Positions 9,471-18,971 of a stretch of 29,366 nucleotides of DNA are shown here, in pieces (positions within the stretch are counted from its first letter, which is position 1; each line of letters opens with the position of its first letter). This DNA is from a virus (lineage: Duplodnaviria > Caudoviricetes). The DNA lies in IMG/VR virus record IMGVR_UViG_3300037755_000064, positions 1-29,366 of that record; one strand, 5' to 3'. The notes under the pieces were generated by a model that was not told the DNA's origin, made no database searches, and was given only the letters and a program-made list of their open reading frames with translations. Made by a program: the position numbers and the translations under genes.

Positions 9471-10243
9471 GTATCAAAGCCATAGCAGTAATTCGTAAAG
9501 TCGGTAATCAATACTGTGTTTTTTCTAAGGATGGCAAAAATCTTGGATGTCATGACTCAGAAAAAGACGCAAAACAGAGACTCAAACAAATAGAATTCTT
9601 TAAAAGGCAAAAAAGCATGAGTGTTGGAACTATAGCTGGAAGACAATCAAACAAGATTCTAGATACTCGTGAGCATTTTCCAATTGCTACCGAAAATCAA
9701 GCACGATCTGCTATTAAGCGTATTGGCCAAATACAACAGTTGCCAGCATGGTTTAATGGCACAATTGATGATTTACGGAAAATAGTTTATTTGGGTGTTG
9801 CTGAAAAATATCCAGAAATTCGCATTCCGATTGATTTACATTTAGAGGCCGCGATGGCCCGCCTTGTTTGTGCCCAAAAAGGTAGCGTTATGCGTTTACA
9901 TTCTAAGTCAAATAGAGCCGATGCGATCAACACATTAAAGCAAGAAGTTGTTATAAAAAATCCAGAAGATAATCCAACCAAGGTTCCTGGTATTCCAAGA
10001 AAATCTATTCAATCTGTTGCGAAAACTCTTGTAGAAATAATTGAGGATAGAAAAGCCGCTCTAAAAACAGCAGAAAAAGTTGCTAAGCGTTTAGAGCAAG
10101 ACGGAATTAGTGGCGAAGAGTTTAAGCAATTAATATCGTTCTTACAAGAAGATATATTGCGTGAATTATTACATATGGGCGTTTTAGCATCATATAACGA
10201 GAATGCGATGAAGCGTGTTATTAAGAACCGGAGAACAGGATAA
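9467..10243 (+). CDS. Hypothetical head-module protein
   Basis: IRK.G..YCVFSK.GKNLGC....A..RL.QIEFFK module and HFPI....ARSA motif, recalled from phage head-region proteins; function unknown. Confidence 0.7.
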   Translation: MSIKAIAVIRKVGNQYCVFSKDGKNLGCHDSEKDAKQRLKQIEFFKRQKSMSVGTIAGRQSNKILDTREHFPIATENQARSAIKRIGQIQQLPAWFNGTIDDLRKIVYLGVAEKYPEIRIPIDLHLEAAMARLVCAQKGSVMRLHSKSNRADAINTLKQEVVIKNPEDNPTKVPGIPRKSIQSVAKTLVEIIEDRKAALKTAEKVAKRLEQDGISGEEFKQLISFLQEDILRELLHMGVLASYNENAMKRVIKNRRTG

Positions 10244-10524
10244 TGGCCGGCGACTTACAGGCGGGATTTTTTAATAATGTCAACATTTCAGCAATTCGTG
10301 CTTGTGGCACAGTTGTTCATATTGTGACGGATCGTGCTATTGATATTGATGGCGATGGCGATGAAGAAGTCGTTACAGTAACAACTACTGAACGTGCAGG
10401 AAATAAAGTTAAACATACGTTTACTAAGCCTGCCGGCATAGCACGAAGTGTTGTTGATCAAAGCAACGAAACAGACGGTGGTGTAAATATCACCGGAGAC
10501 GAATATACAAGCGGGGTTGGATAA
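10243..10524 (+). CDS. Small acidic protein with DxDxDG-type loop
   Basis: TAATG coupling on both sides; DIDGDGDEE. Confidence 0.7.
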   Translation: MAGDLQAGFFNNVNISAIRACGTVVHIVTDRAIDIDGDGDEEVVTVTTTERAGNKVKHTFTKPAGIARSVVDQSNETDGGVNITGDEYTSGVG

Positions 10525-11045
10525 TGACGGAACGACGCAACGAATATGGTGGTAGTGAACTATTTAGTGTTCTAGATGCTGCTGGTGAACAACTTACCGA
10601 TCCAAATTTACATGCTCGTGAAGTTGGTAATCAGATTCAAAGAGTTTTGTCAGATTATAAGTTGCCAAAAGATCATGGTATAATTGATGATGGTGGACAG
10701 GGGCAAAGACAACCGGGAACTGATGTTCAAGACCCATATGGATCTGTTATAAAGCCTAAAAATGTTCCTGTATGGACTAAAGTGCCAGAAACTGAGGCAG
10801 AAAAGTCGTTATATATAGGCAATCATTTACACTCAGAAACCAATCCGATGGGGCTTCATAGTCATGTGATAGGTGGTAAATTAGGAGGGGGTCATAGCCA
10901 TGGCCCCGCGTCTCCTCACGGTGTGCATTTCCATGGTGAGATGCCGAAATACGGTGGGAAGACATTAGACGGCCGCCATGTGCATCCAATAAATGAGAAT
11001 AAGCCTACGGGCGGTCACAGTCATAGTCCTGCGTCATTTGGATAG
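10524..11045 (+). CDS. His-rich protein with six GxHxH motifs
   Basis: GNHLH, GLHSH, GGHSH, GVHFH, GRHVH, GGHSH in the C-terminal half. Confidence 0.75.
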   Translation: MTERRNEYGGSELFSVLDAAGEQLTDPNLHAREVGNQIQRVLSDYKLPKDHGIIDDGGQGQRQPGTDVQDPYGSVIKPKNVPVWTKVPETEAEKSLYIGNHLHSETNPMGLHSHVIGGKLGGGHSHGPASPHGVHFHGEMPKYGGKTLDGRHVHPINENKPTGGHSHSPASFG

Positions 11046-11050
11046 AAAAA

Positions 11051-11770
11051 ATGCATATCTGTAAAAATGGTCATGATATGACTAATAATATGTCAAAACG
11101 GAAGACCGGACAGATTGTTTGTCGTACTTGTGACCGAGAAAGATCTCGTAAACGTCAAGGATATCAAGGCAATTTGCCAACGGGGCAAAGAACTCATTGT
11201 CCACAAGGACACGAATATTCATTAGAAAACACATATATCAATAATGGTAGTAGATGTGCACGAGGTCACGAATACGATGATATTAATACATATTTTTATA
11301 ATGGAATGAGACAATGTATTATATGTCGTAAAATCCGTAAAGGAAAAATATTCGGCCCAAGCCTACCAAGATTTACACATTGTAAGTACGGGCATGAATT
11401 TAATATAGAAAATACTTCGTATGCTAAATCTGGAAAACGTGTTTGCTTGGCTTGTCATAGAGTAAAACAAAGAAATCGTCGCGAAGTTAAAATGTTGCTT
11501 GATGGCAATTATTCTATTGCTGACGAACAATATACTAGAGATCTTTTTGACCACAAATGCTTCAAATGTAGTGGCGAATCCAATCTATCTATAGATCACC
11601 ATTATCCATTATCTGCCGGATTTGGCCTTTCGCAAGAAAACGCTGTTTTACTATGCAGATCCTGTAACTCTAGCAAGAATAATCGTTTACCAGAAGACTT
11701 CTATTCAAATGACGAACTACAGATTTTATCTGAAAAATACAGTATAACGTCACAACTCATTATATGTTAG
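11051..11770 (+). CDS. HNH homing endonuclease with N-terminal C..GH zinc-binding repeats
   Basis: Four C..GH[DE] repeats; C-terminal CFKC...LSIDHHYPLSAG....ENAVLLCRSCNSSK. Confidence 0.88.
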   Translation: MHICKNGHDMTNNMSKRKTGQIVCRTCDRERSRKRQGYQGNLPTGQRTHCPQGHEYSLENTYINNGSRCARGHEYDDINTYFYNGMRQCIICRKIRKGKIFGPSLPRFTHCKYGHEFNIENTSYAKSGKRVCLACHRVKQRNRREVKMLLDGNYSIADEQYTRDLFDHKCFKCSGESNLSIDHHYPLSAGFGLSQENAVLLCRSCNSSKNNRLPEDFYSNDELQILSEKYSITSQLIIC

Positions 11771-11799
11771 TTTATTACCCAATATAAGGGCCTATTTTA

Positions 11800-13527
11800 A
11801 TGAAATTTAAGACATTAACATTACCGGCAAAAGCAACGATTCTTGATGCAGAATCTGATCGTTATAAGGCCGTTTCTGCCCAAATAGAAGAGCGTTTTGG
11901 GTTTAAACCGTCTCCACAAATTGATCTATTATATGTAGAATCATGTTTGGTCACTGCTGGAATCAACGATAACGATGATACTTTTCTGAATGATGAACTT
12001 TGGAAAGCTAGACAAACTCCAGTATTAAAGCCGGCCAATTGGCAACATAAAGAGAAAGATATTCTTGGTGTTGTTTATAGTGTTCAGGCCCGTGATTTAG
12101 ATGGGAATATTATTCCGTTTGATCAAGAAGAGACCCCAGATGGTCCTTTCGAGCTTTTTACTGAAGCAGTTGTTTTTAAGCTAATACATCCAGAAAAAGC
12201 ACAAGAAATTAGTGAACGCCATGTAAAAGGAAACTTGTTTGTTTCTATGGAAGCATGGTTTGATAATTACGACTATGTGGTCGCAAATGATAAGGGTCAG
12301 ATTGATAAGGTTGTTACTCGTAATGAGCAAACGGCCTTTTTAGATCAAAGGCTCAAGGTAAACGGTGGCTCTGGTCGGCACAATGATCAGAGAATTGGTC
12401 GAGGGCTTCGTAATATTACATTCGGTGGTTTTGGTTTTGTGGACTGTCCGGCTAATAAACGTTCGGACATTACTGTTGTAGCCGATATGGTAAATACTAA
12501 TGAAGTACAACTCGATGATTTACTTCGTAAGTTCATGAGTGTCGTTAAGGAATCACAATTACAGGAGAAAGAACTGATGACTGCTACAGCATCAAACAAT
12601 GTAGACCGTGAGGCGATTGAACAAGTCGTTGCGGCGGCTCTATCAAAGCACGAAACCGAAAAAGAGGCAAAGGCCGCCAAGGAAAATCTTGAGAATAGAA
12701 CTCGTGAGCTGGTCACAGCTAATGAGACACTTTCTAGTGAGCATGATGAACTTACTGAGAAAATTGATATTCTCAGCAAGGGACATGCAGATCTTGAGGC
12801 CAAGATTGACGAATTGGTAAAAGAGATTGCTGGTGCTACCGGAAGCACACCGCCTGAAATTTCAAAAATTGATGGCGTAACCGATGGTGATAGTGCTTTT
12901 GCGGCAAAAATTGACTGGATTCGTAATTCTCTAAAGAGCGTAGCGGCACAAGCTGCTCGTGCGGTAGAACTTGAAAGCGAACTTGCGATTGCTGCACAAC
13001 AGCTTCGCGAGGAAGAAATCAAGAGTCTATTTGCGGAACTGGTTGATGACAAGCAACTAGACGCACTGGTAACAATCGGTGTTGGTATAGAAGATGGTGA
13101 AGAATATGATACTTGGCTTGCCGAGAAACAGTTTTTTGCATCTAAACTAGCCGAAGCTGCCGGTCATCCGAAGTCCAAAGAGGAAGAGGATGAAATGCAC
13201 AAGATGATGCTAAAGAAAAAGGCTGTTAAAGATAACGAGAAATCGAATGCGAATGATGCGGTCGATGCGGCTGTTAAGTTCCTACAATCGGAATCTCTTG
13301 GTCTTTCAAGCGGTCTAAACGCAAATACAATCCGTACACCACGTTTTAAGGTGGCGGGTAAAGATACTGCCAATGATGACCCCACCAAAGTTCTGGATAA
13401 TGTAACTCCAGAGGATGGCGTTAACTTTGCCGGTGCTGGTCGTGGTAAGGACGACGAGGAAGACAAGATTCCTGCAATGCGGGTTCTTGCTAACGAGTTG
13501 TTCTCAAGCAAGCAAAAAGAGGAGTAA
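11800..13527 (+). CDS. Prohead protease fused to coiled-coil scaffolding domain
   Basis: NDNDDTF..EL, KP.NWQH, VSMEAWF, RNITFGGFGFVDCPAN; Ala/Glu-rich helical C-half; lies before the decoration and capsid genes. Confidence 0.8.
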   Translation: MKFKTLTLPAKATILDAESDRYKAVSAQIEERFGFKPSPQIDLLYVESCLVTAGINDNDDTFLNDELWKARQTPVLKPANWQHKEKDILGVVYSVQARDLDGNIIPFDQEETPDGPFELFTEAVVFKLIHPEKAQEISERHVKGNLFVSMEAWFDNYDYVVANDKGQIDKVVTRNEQTAFLDQRLKVNGGSGRHNDQRIGRGLRNITFGGFGFVDCPANKRSDITVVADMVNTNEVQLDDLLRKFMSVVKESQLQEKELMTATASNNVDREAIEQVVAAALSKHETEKEAKAAKENLENRTRELVTANETLSSEHDELTEKIDILSKGHADLEAKIDELVKEIAGATGSTPPEISKIDGVTDGDSAFAAKIDWIRNSLKSVAAQAARAVELESELAIAAQQLREEEIKSLFAELVDDKQLDALVTIGVGIEDGEEYDTWLAEKQFFASKLAEAAGHPKSKEEEDEMHKMMLKKKAVKDNEKSNANDAVDAAVKFLQSESLGLSSGLNANTIRTPRFKVAGKDTANDDPTKVLDNVTPEDGVNFAGAGRGKDDEEDKIPAMRVLANELFSSKQKEE

Positions 13528-13530
13528 CAC

Positions 13531-14013
13531 ATGGCACTAGGCGAAAGTAGACAGGTATTTCATACCAATGTCGATCTCAGCGTGTCTGGTGTTGCAGAAC
13601 GTGGCGGAATCATTTCGTTTGATCCCGTTCAGGCTGGCAACGGTATTTATGCCGATGCAACCGCAGTTTCTGGCCAATTGGTCCAGCCTGCCGGTCTGCT
13701 ACTAGATGATGTTGAGGCACTTAATTTCTTTGAACATCCTGAGTATCGTCAACGTAACGTTGTACCGCAAGGTAGCGTTGTTGGCCTTCTCACGGATGGA
13801 GAAGGAAGCACTGACTTCGTAGAAACAACTCTGGCAGGAATTTCTGTTGGAACCTACGCTGCTGGTGATCCGTTGTATCTTGCCGACGACGGCAAGTTGA
13901 GTCGTAATAATGGAACCTTCGGGAACCTTGCTACGGCAATTCGTGTTCGGGTTGGCACTGCTCTTGGCACTGTTGATTCGGATGGGTTCTTAAGAGTCCG
14001 TATTGACCTGTAA
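13531..14013 (+). CDS. Head decoration / capsid cement protein
   Basis: 160 aa between scaffold and MCP; AAGDPLYL..DGKL and terminal GFLRVRIDL pattern; strong SD GAGGAG. Confidence 0.75.
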   Translation: MALGESRQVFHTNVDLSVSGVAERGGIISFDPVQAGNGIYADATAVSGQLVQPAGLLLDDVEALNFFEHPEYRQRNVVPQGSVVGLLTDGEGSTDFVETTLAGISVGTYAAGDPLYLADDGKLSRNNGTFGNLATAIRVRVGTALGTVDSDGFLRVRIDL

Positions 14014-14030
14014 GGAAAGGAGAGAGAACG

Positions 14031-15065
14031 ATGTATAAACGTGCAGATGAACGTGCTATCGCCGCTCTACGACTTACTGCAAGTCCTGATGCGGATACTC
14101 GTGTAGTTGCTCAGAAAGCATTTGCTGCTGAGCTAAACAGCCCTCTACGTCAGGGCATCTTTGATCGTGATAACCTTGGTGAAATCTATGAGCGTCAGCT
14201 TCTAGCACCTGGTGCAACGGCAAATTACCCACTTGACTTTGTGAAGCCCGGCACTGAAGACAACTTCATTGCTTTCACAATGCCCAAACAGGGTCGTGTG
14301 CCAGAGCGACACGTTGAAGGTGATGAGCTTTGGGTGCCGACTTACCGCATTGCTAATAGCATTGACTGGGATATTCGGTATGCAGAGGAAGCTCGATTTG
14401 ATGTAATCATGCGGGCAATTCGTGTATATGAAGCTGGCTTCGTGCGTAAGATTAACAGCGACGGTTGGCGTACCATTCTTGGTGCGGCAGATGGTCGCGG
14501 TCTAGTCGTAACTGCACTAGGTGGTGCTCCATTTACAGGTTCTACCTTAGTTCCAACCCCGGCCGGGGGTCAGTTTACTAAAGAACTGATTTCAAGGATG
14601 AAGACTGCCATGACTCGGGCAGCCGGTGGAAATGGTAACTCAGGGCGGCTCACTGATGTTTATCTTTCGATGGAAGCGATGGAGGACATAAGGGCTTGGG
14701 ATGTCGATGAGATAGACGAATTTACTCGTCGAGAAATCTTCGTTTCAAGAGAGCAAGGTCTGGCCTCTATTTATGGGGTTGTACTTCACGAGATGACTGA
14801 GTTTGGAGAAGAGCAGGAGTATGAGGCTTTCCTAACCGATACTCTTGGTCGGTCGCACCAAACCGTTTCCAGTGTGGCACTTAGGGAGTTCTGTATCGGT
14901 CTCGATCTGAGCACGATGGATTCATTTGTTTCACCAATCCGCAAGGAACTTGAAACATATGAAGATCCTGCACTGTATCGGCAGCAAAGAGCCGGAATTT
15001 ATGGCTGGATCGAATTAGGATTCAGCGTTTTGGATGCACGCCGTGTATTGCTCGGAGAGTTCTAA
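14031..15065 (+). CDS. Major capsid protein (HK97 fold)
   Basis: 344 aa; strong SD AAGGAG; canonical position; G.VPER.VEGDE..VPTY.IA, RFDV..RA and C-terminal GIYGW.E.GF.VLD.RRV. Confidence 0.88.
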   Translation: MYKRADERAIAALRLTASPDADTRVVAQKAFAAELNSPLRQGIFDRDNLGEIYERQLLAPGATANYPLDFVKPGTEDNFIAFTMPKQGRVPERHVEGDELWVPTYRIANSIDWDIRYAEEARFDVIMRAIRVYEAGFVRKINSDGWRTILGAADGRGLVVTALGGAPFTGSTLVPTPAGGQFTKELISRMKTAMTRAAGGNGNSGRLTDVYLSMEAMEDIRAWDVDEIDEFTRREIFVSREQGLASIYGVVLHEMTEFGEEQEYEAFLTDTLGRSHQTVSSVALREFCIGLDLSTMDSFVSPIRKELETYEDPALYRQQRAGIYGWIELGFSVLDARRVLLGEF

Positions 15066-15093
15066 GTCTTAATTGACAAGCACTTACGTCAAG

Positions 15094-15130
15094 ATGGGCA
15101 GAAATTTTCAGATTTCTGCCCATTTTGTTT
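15094..15130 (+). terminator. Rho-independent terminator after the major capsid gene
   Basis: Perfect 12-bp stem ATGGGCAGAAAT/ATTTCTGCCCAT, 6-nt loop, followed by TTTGTTT. Confidence 0.8.
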
Positions 15131-15157
15131 AACCAAACATTCCCAAAGTGGCATAAT
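15129..15157 (+). promoter_or_regulatory. Sigma70-like promoter of nuclease-Mom cassette 1
   Basis: TTAACC, 17-bp spacer, CATAAT with extended -10 TG at 15149. Confidence 0.5.
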
Positions 15158-15184
15158 AAGGGCTCTAGGCAAAAGGAGCACTCT

Positions 15185-16822
15185 ATGGATGGCCGCCAAG
15201 TCAAAAATCTCTTTCTCAAAAAGCATTCGTTTACTCAAATCGCCAAGATTATGGGTTTATCAAAAAATGCCGTGAAAGATATTCTTAAAAAAGAAGCCCC
15301 TTATAATATTGAAATAAGGTCTGATGTTACAGAACAACAAATATTAGATGCCTATCTAAACCAAAAAATGAGACTTAGCAGAGTAACAAAAGCATTTGGT
15401 GTATCACAAAACACAGTATTTAAGATACTTTGGAATCATGGACATGATACTAGGGGGCATAATGATACTAGAGAAGTGCCGGTTGATGATAATTGGTTAA
15501 TAGAAGAATATAAAAAGAGGAGTGCAGTTAGCATTTCAAAAGAGATTAAATGTTCTAGACAAACAATATTGAACAAATTATCTAAACTCGGTATTAATAC
15601 TAGAGGTTGTCAACAAGAATCAACTTCCGCCCGAGGAGGATTTTATTGGACGATAGAAAACGAAAAGGTCGCTAAAGATATACTTATGACCGGTGGATTC
15701 TATGATGATGTTGCTGAAAAATTAGGTTGTGATAAGCAATCTGTAGCTACTAAGAATATGGATGTCTGGCATATACCAATTCAACTTTGGAGTAGAATAG
15801 ATCCTGAACCAGTAAAAGCGTTTTTAGAAAAAACTAGAAGTTTTGCACAAACGTCACAAGAATTTAATATTCCTATCGAAAAACTAAAATATAAAAATAA
15901 TGGCGATTGGCACATAGACCTATCATCAAACTCAACTCTTTTTGGTATCCCTACAGAATATAATGGCATTAAATATCGTAGCCAAGCAGAGGCTGAAGTA
16001 GCACAACTACTTGATTCATTAAATATGAACTTTGAATATGAGAAGCGAGTTTGTGATGACAAGGCATGGACATGTGATTTCTATTTGCCAGACTATGAAT
16101 TATGGATAGAATATGATGGCCTTGGAAAATTTAGAGAAGAAACTGGATATCCCCAATATGGTCGCGAACATGAAAAAATCAAATACTATTTCGACAATAA
16201 AATGAAGTTTGCTATTCTTCGCAAGGATAACTTTAAGTCTATTCTACACGCAATTCCTAAAGCGTTTAACTCTCCATTAAAAGATAATTTTTCTGTAAAG
16301 GTCATCAATCGTAATCTAGCAAACGAACTCTTGGAATTTGGGCATTATTTGGGGCGGGCACCAAATGGCACTGTACATTATTATGGCCTCTACATTAATA
16401 ATCAATGTGTTGGGGTGTGTACTTTTGGAAGAGGGGCAAATAAACACTTGTCTTCGGGGGTTGGCGGTGAAGCCATGGAATTAACAAGATTATACACTGA
16501 GTCTTGGTTACCACCTAATAGCACTACATTTTTCCTGGCTAAAACTATTAATATGTTTAGGCACGATAGACCCGATATAAAGTTTCTTGTTAGCTTTGCT
16601 GATCCAAACGTGGGACATACAGGAGGGATTTATAAAGCTGGAAATTGGGCATTTATCAAACAAATTAAGCAGGATTACTGTTATGTGATGCCAGATGGTT
16701 CGCAAGAACATAAAAGCAGATTCAGGTGCAGAGACGGTAAGACAGAAAAGCAACTAGCAATTGAGGCAGGAGCCGAAAAGATCACACTAGAGGGCAAACT
16801 TAAGTTTGTATATGAACTATGA
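15185..16822 (+). CDS. HTH repeats + PD-(D/E)xK (Vsr/DUF559-like) nuclease + Mom-like GNAT fusion, cassette 1
   Basis: SD AAGGAG before ATG 15185; HTH units (IAKIMGLSKNAV, ISKEIKCSRQTI, VAEKLGCD); YRSQAE...CDFYLPD..LWIEYDG; C-terminal HYLG, GVCTFG, ELTRL, LVSFADP..GHTG.IYKAGNW. Confidence 0.8.
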   Translation: MDGRQVKNLFLKKHSFTQIAKIMGLSKNAVKDILKKEAPYNIEIRSDVTEQQILDAYLNQKMRLSRVTKAFGVSQNTVFKILWNHGHDTRGHNDTREVPVDDNWLIEEYKKRSAVSISKEIKCSRQTILNKLSKLGINTRGCQQESTSARGGFYWTIENEKVAKDILMTGGFYDDVAEKLGCDKQSVATKNMDVWHIPIQLWSRIDPEPVKAFLEKTRSFAQTSQEFNIPIEKLKYKNNGDWHIDLSSNSTLFGIPTEYNGIKYRSQAEAEVAQLLDSLNMNFEYEKRVCDDKAWTCDFYLPDYELWIEYDGLGKFREETGYPQYGREHEKIKYYFDNKMKFAILRKDNFKSILHAIPKAFNSPLKDNFSVKVINRNLANELLEFGHYLGRAPNGTVHYYGLYINNQCVGVCTFGRGANKHLSSGVGGEAMELTRLYTESWLPPNSTTFFLAKTINMFRHDRPDIKFLVSFADPNVGHTGGIYKAGNWAFIKQIKQDYCYVMPDGSQEHKSRFRCRDGKTEKQLAIEAGAEKITLEGKLKFVYEL

Positions 16823-17383
16823 AATATCAAATTATATACGCCGATCCCCCCATGGAAATTTAGTAGTAAAGAGCTACAAAAATATAATGGGGCTCGATTT
16901 ACTTCAATGGATAAGCATTATCCGACCCAATCAAAAGATTGGATAAAACAACTGCCGATAAAAAATATTACCGATGATAATTGTGCTTTGTTTCTTTGGG
17001 TTACTGATGCACACTTAAAAGAGGGAATTGAAACAATAGAAGCGTGGGGTTTTAAATATATTACTATTGCATTTATTTGGGAAAAGAAGACCATTACTGG
17101 AAAAACGGTAGCGAACCTTGGTGCATGGACCATGAAGAACTATGAAATATGTCTTTTGGGGACAAAAGGAAGAATGTTACAATATAAGAAGAACAATAAT
17201 ATATATCAAAAAGTTGAGGCGGTACGAACTATTCATAGCAAAAAACCAGAAAAAGTAAGATCTAATATAGAATTATTATTTGGTAATCTGCCTAGAATTG
17301 AACTATTTGCCAGAGAAAAGTCAGAGGGCTGGGATTCAATAGGTTATGATATTGATGGGAAAGATATATACGGCTGTTTATAA
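16819..17383 (+). pseudogene. MT-A70-family N6-adenine methyltransferase, frameshifted at DPPW
   Basis: ATG 16819 reads MKYQIIYADPP then reaches TAG at 16861; removing one C from C6 (16846-16851) gives DPPWKF... in frame with ORF 16907-17383 (LFLWVT, AWGFKY, HSKKP, RIELFAR). Confidence 0.85.
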
Positions 17384-17395
17384 TAAATTAAACTA

Positions 17396-17403
17396 TTAGT
17401 GTA
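17396..17403 (+). promoter_or_regulatory. TTAGTGTA motif, candidate late promoter
   Basis: Exact intergenic copy where structural genes resume. Confidence 0.55.
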
Positions 17404-17447
17404 TTTCTTATATATGCCGTTTATGGCTTAATTTTGGAGGAACAAAA

Positions 17448-18023
17448 ATGGTGCGTGCCCGTGGTATAATGAATAAGAATGCACTCTCTCAATTAGAGAG
17501 TTCTTTAGCTACAAGCGGCATTCTTCGTGCAAGAGAAATTTCTGCTGGAAATCTGACATTTGATGTAAATCAGTCAGTAATTCAGCTTCAAAAGAATCAG
17601 GCGGTAGTAGATACTGTTGGTCGAGTACAGGCCGGTGCTGGTATTTTCTATGTGCCAGGTTATGATGTTGGTATTGGGACTACTGCTACCTCTGGATATG
17701 CAGCCCCTTCAGACGGTATCTATCAAGTAGATGCTACTGTGGCAGTATCTGGAGCGGCCATTGAAACATATGGTGGTGCGGTTCTAATAAATGGAATAGC
17801 AGTATCGGGTACACAGTCATTCCAATCTTCTGATGCTCGTGGTGCTGCTGCTGTAGCCATTCATGGTGCTGTACATGCTGCAACTGGTCAGACTATCAAT
17901 GTTGGAGTTAAATCGTTGCACGCAACTCTTACTAGCATTGGCTCTGAAGATCTTGTGCACGCTCCAGCCGCAAATATGCGAGTTATCAAACTTGGTTCTG
18001 ACGAACTAAGTTTTAACGGCTAA
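17448..18023 (+). CDS. Virion protein with C1q/BclA-C-like beta-sandwich (head fibre or spike-like)
   Basis: SD GGAGG; APSDGIYQVDATV and GQTINVGV patterns; Ala/Gly/Ser-rich. Confidence 0.55.
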   Translation: MVRARGIMNKNALSQLESSLATSGILRAREISAGNLTFDVNQSVIQLQKNQAVVDTVGRVQAGAGIFYVPGYDVGIGTTATSGYAAPSDGIYQVDATVAVSGAAIETYGGAVLINGIAVSGTQSFQSSDARGAAAVAIHGAVHAATGQTINVGVKSLHATLTSIGSEDLVHAPAANMRVIKLGSDELSFNG

Positions 18024-18046
18024 TCGTTCCTATTAGCTAACCTATT

Positions 18047-18076
18047 GAGCCATGGGGATTTATGTCTCTGTGGCTC
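18047..18076 (+). terminator. 12-bp stem-loop, possible terminator or processing signal
   Basis: GAGCCATGGGGA/TCTCTGTGGCTC with three G:U pairs; weak U tract. Confidence 0.45.
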
Positions 18077-18084
18077 TTAGTGTA
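18077..18084 (+). promoter_or_regulatory. TTAGTGTA motif, candidate late promoter
   Basis: Exact copy 10 nt before ATG 18095. Confidence 0.5.
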
Positions 18085-18094
18085 TTGTTATAAC

Positions 18095-18970
18095 ATGGCT
18101 ACACAAACAAAAACTCTATCAGTCGGCTCTAATCTTAACCAACTTGACATCTATCTAAATGTTGATGGTGTCGCTATTAACGCTAGCGGAATCTCGTTTG
18201 AGGTTTACGATGCCGCTAGTGTTTTAGCAGTAAGTGGCGTACCAACTAATCCAAGTGAGGGGAAATATTTAGGTAGCGGAGTTGTTCCGGCCGGATTTGC
18301 TAATGGCGATTGGCGAATTGACTGGCTAATTATTCCTACTGGTAATTCTCAATTTACAGCTTCTGAAGAATTTTGTGTACAACCATTAAATGTAGCGTTT
18401 ACATTAAGTCCTCCAGGGGAAGTAGTTACCACAATATATGACAAAATACGAATAGATATGGGCGACCCAGATGGAACTTTACTTGGAGACAGCTTTCTAA
18501 AAAGAGTTGTTCAAAAGGCAATAACACGACTTAATAATAAACTTGGGTTGGCACCAACAACGAGAGGGCCTACGGGGATAGAGGGTCAGTTTGGCGGTCG
18601 TCGTATTCGTGTAATTCCTATTACTATTGATTTCTCTGCCGGTACTATTAATCCGCCGGGCGATGAATATGAAGATCTCTTAATACTTCAAAGTGAATAC
18701 ATACTGGCAACTTCAGAAATCGCCACAATGAAACGATTAAATGCTAGTGCAGGATCTGGGTTTGGTTTAACTGCGGCAACCGCAGCATCTATTGAGGGAA
18801 TTGATGTTACAAATGCAGATGGAACTAGAGTATCTATAGCAGTGTCACGTCTTACTACGCGAGCATCTTTAATGAGGTTTCATGTTGAGGAACTTAGAAG
18901 AGAATTGGACGATGCGGTAAAGAAATATCTAAATCGTGCAACTGCAAATTACACAAAAATGGTTTATTAA
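18095..18970 (+). CDS. Probable head-tail adaptor with N-terminal Ig-like domain
   Basis: Beta-rich N-half (G.W.I.W); helical C-half starting KIRIDMGDPD; post-capsid position. Start 18095 preferred. Confidence 0.55.
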   Translation: MATQTKTLSVGSNLNQLDIYLNVDGVAINASGISFEVYDAASVLAVSGVPTNPSEGKYLGSGVVPAGFANGDWRIDWLIIPTGNSQFTASEEFCVQPLNVAFTLSPPGEVVTTIYDKIRIDMGDPDGTLLGDSFLKRVVQKAITRLNNKLGLAPTTRGPTGIEGQFGGRRIRVIPITIDFSAGTINPPGDEYEDLLILQSEYILATSEIATMKRLNASAGSGFGLTAATAASIEGIDVTNADGTRVSIAVSRLTTRASLMRFHVEELRRELDDAVKKYLNRATANYTKMVY

Positions 18971-18971
18971 A

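Noticed and set aside
12387-13532. Long minus-strand ORFs (221 and 122 aa) and other antisense ORFs
   Set aside because: They are shadows of codon-biased + strand genes, with no motifs, in an otherwise unidirectional module.
15125-15184. TTG start at 15125 given by the ORF track
   Set aside because: It lies within the terminator/promoter region; ATG 15185 has a proper AAGGAG SD.
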